Source: Pocillopora damicornis (lineage: Eukaryota). From it: 64,000 nt of DNA. Location of the stretch: the NCBI RefSeq assembly GCF_003704095.1, contig NW_020845583.1:186001-250000 (forward strand). Reading direction: 5' to 3'. This document shows, piece after piece, positions 61,201 through 64,000 of the stretch. Each line of letters starts with the position of its first letter. Within the stretch, counting starts at the first letter, position 1. Both the position numbers and the translations under genes were made by a program. The notes under the pieces were generated by a model, which saw nothing but the letters and a program-made list of their open reading frames with translations, made no database searches and was not told the origin of the DNA.

Positions 61201-63940
61201 ATTCGTTCTTGAGTTGTTCGATTTGCGTGCAGAATGTAACAATTTTTCGGTCTTTTTTCCTTTTCAAAAAGGTACGTGTTTCCTCGAAATATTGCATCGT
61301 CATCATGGCAATTTATTCATACAATTTCTTTATTGTTTGTAGAAAACAATCCTCATCGAGTTTTTTGAAAAATTGTTTCCAAATTTATTGAGATTTGTCC
61401 ATTTTATTTGCTCATCTCTCGTGCTTTACGTAGAAATAGCGACTTCCCTACCAGTTAAGTCCTGGTGTGAATGTTTCGCTTCGATTCAACCCTCCCATTG
61501 AAGATGGTATTGTTGTGGTAATTTTCAGTACACACTGTAGAGTTGAATTTGCACCTGCCTCCTAGCATAGTAAGCTGCTATCCCCGATTTGCATTCGTTT
61601 CATCTTTTTAAACATGAACATTACATTCATATGGGTATTTTTTTTTGCGGCTCATTATTTTTTCACGAGGTTCGACCGTTCGGGTACGGCGGTTTGCACT
61701 TTGTCTTGAGATTCTTGGCAAAGGATTTTTGAGACATTGTTTTCTCTCTTTGATATAACAACTGCCATTTAAAATTTCCCCTGGACATGTCTTAATAGCT
61801 CGCTGACTTCACTTCTTTCAATCGCTTCAAAACAGTAGAAAAAAATTCGACGGTAAAAAATAAAGTCATTTCCGATTTGCCATTCTCAGGAAACGTTGAA
61901 GCAATTTCTGAACTGCAATTTTTCACTAAAAGATGGAACTCTGAATAATTTTTCGACCGGTACGAATCTAATAGATTATAAATATTTCAATTGAAAAGAA
62001 AACTTTGTAATAGACTAATTTATGAATTACGTAGTAAGCTGTTTCTTTCCTTCTTGGTCTCAGGCTTGAGGACAAATTAAACTTTGACTATAAATTTCTT
62101 CGTCCGCAGAATTCAATATGTTCAGAGTCACGATTGGATTCATCTTAGTTCTGGTTTGCTTCGTTACCTTGCCCGCTATTAGTTATTCAAGTCATAAATC
62201 GAAATTAGTCCGTCGGGCCCGTGAGATCAGGCAAGAGCGACAAACGCGTGAACTCCGTCAGGCGCATTCTAACGACACCAAATGCCGATACAAAATGGCT
62301 CTTTTGGACGTGCCTCCATATATAATGAACACAGCTAATAACAAGTCAAATAGAGGGATTCTGTACGATACGCTCAAGTACGCTGTAAATCACGCTTGTT
62401 TTAAAGAAGAAACGTACACGGAATCTCATCTGAAATGCTTCCAGGATCCAATATCTGTAGGTAACTACGACGAGATGATCAAACTGATTAAAGAAAAGCA
62501 AGTGGATTTTGCTTTTCCTATTCGGTCCGACATGAAAGCTAAGCTGACGACTGAAACCAATGTCACGCTCATCCGGGCATTTGTCTCATCCGGGTGTTCA
62601 TTGATAGTGAATACAAAGTTATGCGAGCAGGATTCTCGGAAACAGTTGATGACTTCCATCACGTCACAATGGCCGATATTGGCTTGTATCATACTTTTGT
62701 CAGGAATATCTGGGGTTATCATTTGGCTTTTTGTGAGTATCAGTGGCCTAGAAAAACGTATTAATAATGCATAAACATTTTTAAATGCTGACAACTATTG
62801 AATAAGCAATTAATTTTTTTAAGTCGAGTCGATAAATTCAATTACTCCAGAGCATAAGAGATGTAAATGATGAATCATCCCTAACCCTAATCTCATATTT
62901 GGTCATCTTTATTCATTAACACTCATAGTGCTTAAAATTATAGAAAAAACTGTCAAAATTAGCTTAAATTATCTGAAATCGAAATTTATCGCGAAAGATT
63001 TTAATCAGGTGAAAGATAATTGTGCTCCTGAGATATCGAAACGCTATGAGCGAGCTCGTAGCGCGCGTGCAGCGAAGCCCCATACACATAAAAATGGAGG
63101 TAATGTTATTTCAAGACTTCGAGGTAGGTCGTTGTAATTTAAGTAATTTGGCTTGTGGACGGACGTGTAATATTCATTTTAATAGCGTGCTTTTGTTTTG
63201 AATCCCTTAGGAACATAGAGCAAATGAAACGTACTTTTCACCATCGTTTACAATTGGATCGCCTCAGGGGTTCTGGTGGGCAGTGGTATCACTTACAACA
63301 GTAGGGTAAGTTATCGTATTTTTCTTTTGTGTGAAAAAAAAAGCTTTGCGGGTTTGTGAGCAAAAATACAGACGCCACATTTGCCATGTGTTTTTTCGGG
63401 CGGGGGAAAGGGAGTTATAATTATTATAGAGCCTTATGAGGGGACCAGGTAAATTCTACCGTGACATAACCAAAATTCTCCAAACCCTACCCCCTCCCTT
63501 CAGAGATAAACCTTGACGGCCTTATTAGTTATGATCAATTCCCATGAATCTCACGTTTTAAGTACGGCTTAACTTAATAAAAAGATGCCGCAAGCCATCT
63601 AATTCGTTGGAAGTGTATGCTTGCGTTTTGAATCACATATCTTTACTCTCTTAAGTCCTAAGCTACAAGATTGCACAGGTTCAAAAGCGAGGGCTGAAAT
63701 TCTCAGGAATGGCTATTCACGTTGATTTGTTTCACCCGAAGCTCCACCAGGTCAATGATGAACGTATTTTTTCTGGTTAAAATAGAATTTTTACCAAGTT
63801 TTACACTTAATTCTGTCATGAATGTAAAGACTGTCAGGTAGGGTTACGCTTGTACTCACACCAAAGCTGGATCAAGGGTTTTATGACAGGGGATCACAAA
63901 CTTTGATTCAGAAAGCACAAATTAAATTCTCTTTTTATAT
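58221..63940 (+). repeat. Tandem segmental duplication unit B (copy 3)
   Basis: Colinear with 45766-52240, including the shared MITE (47057 vs 59543) and the UTR donor ttggag|gtgagt (48590 vs 61084). Confidence 0.9.
62118..63305 (+). CDS. GluR0-like channel copy 3, first two coding exons (62118-62732, 63211-63305); continues beyond the window
   Basis: Same exon lengths (615 and 95 nt) and splice sites as copy 2; exon 2 ends FWWAVVSLTTVG. Confidence 0.88.
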
Positions 63941-64000
63941 TAAAACCTAATAAATACAAGCTTAAAGATATTTCAAGCTAAGTAAATTTCAGTTACCAAA

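Overview
AT-rich, intron-containing animal genomic DNA. The repeat families (piggyBac-like MITEs, Nin-type SINE, tRNA-like repeats, Penelope-type hammerhead) suggest a stony coral; this is inference. Genes assembled by hand from splice sites and reading-frame phase: PGAM5 (4 exons, +); an 18-exon TMC7-like channel (+); an orphan exon (-); an intronless class A aminergic-like GPCR lacking Asp3.32 (-); a 2-exon secreted Kunitz peptide (+); a 7-exon micro-exon prepropeptide (-) with an insulin-like but stretched cysteine layout, convergent with the Kunitz gene. The ORF track misses the Kunitz gene and shows only fragments of the prepropeptide. The most notable feature is a tandem array of at least 3 GluR0/AvGluR1-like channel genes: signal peptide, split solute-binding domain, pore with an intact K+ filter TTVGYGD, and an extra M4 helix. 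One copy is a pseudogene, one is complete (543 aa) and one runs off the window end. The two young copies diverge almost only in the N-terminal region, most strongly in one ligand-binding patch. Two 100-N assembly gaps lie inside the array.
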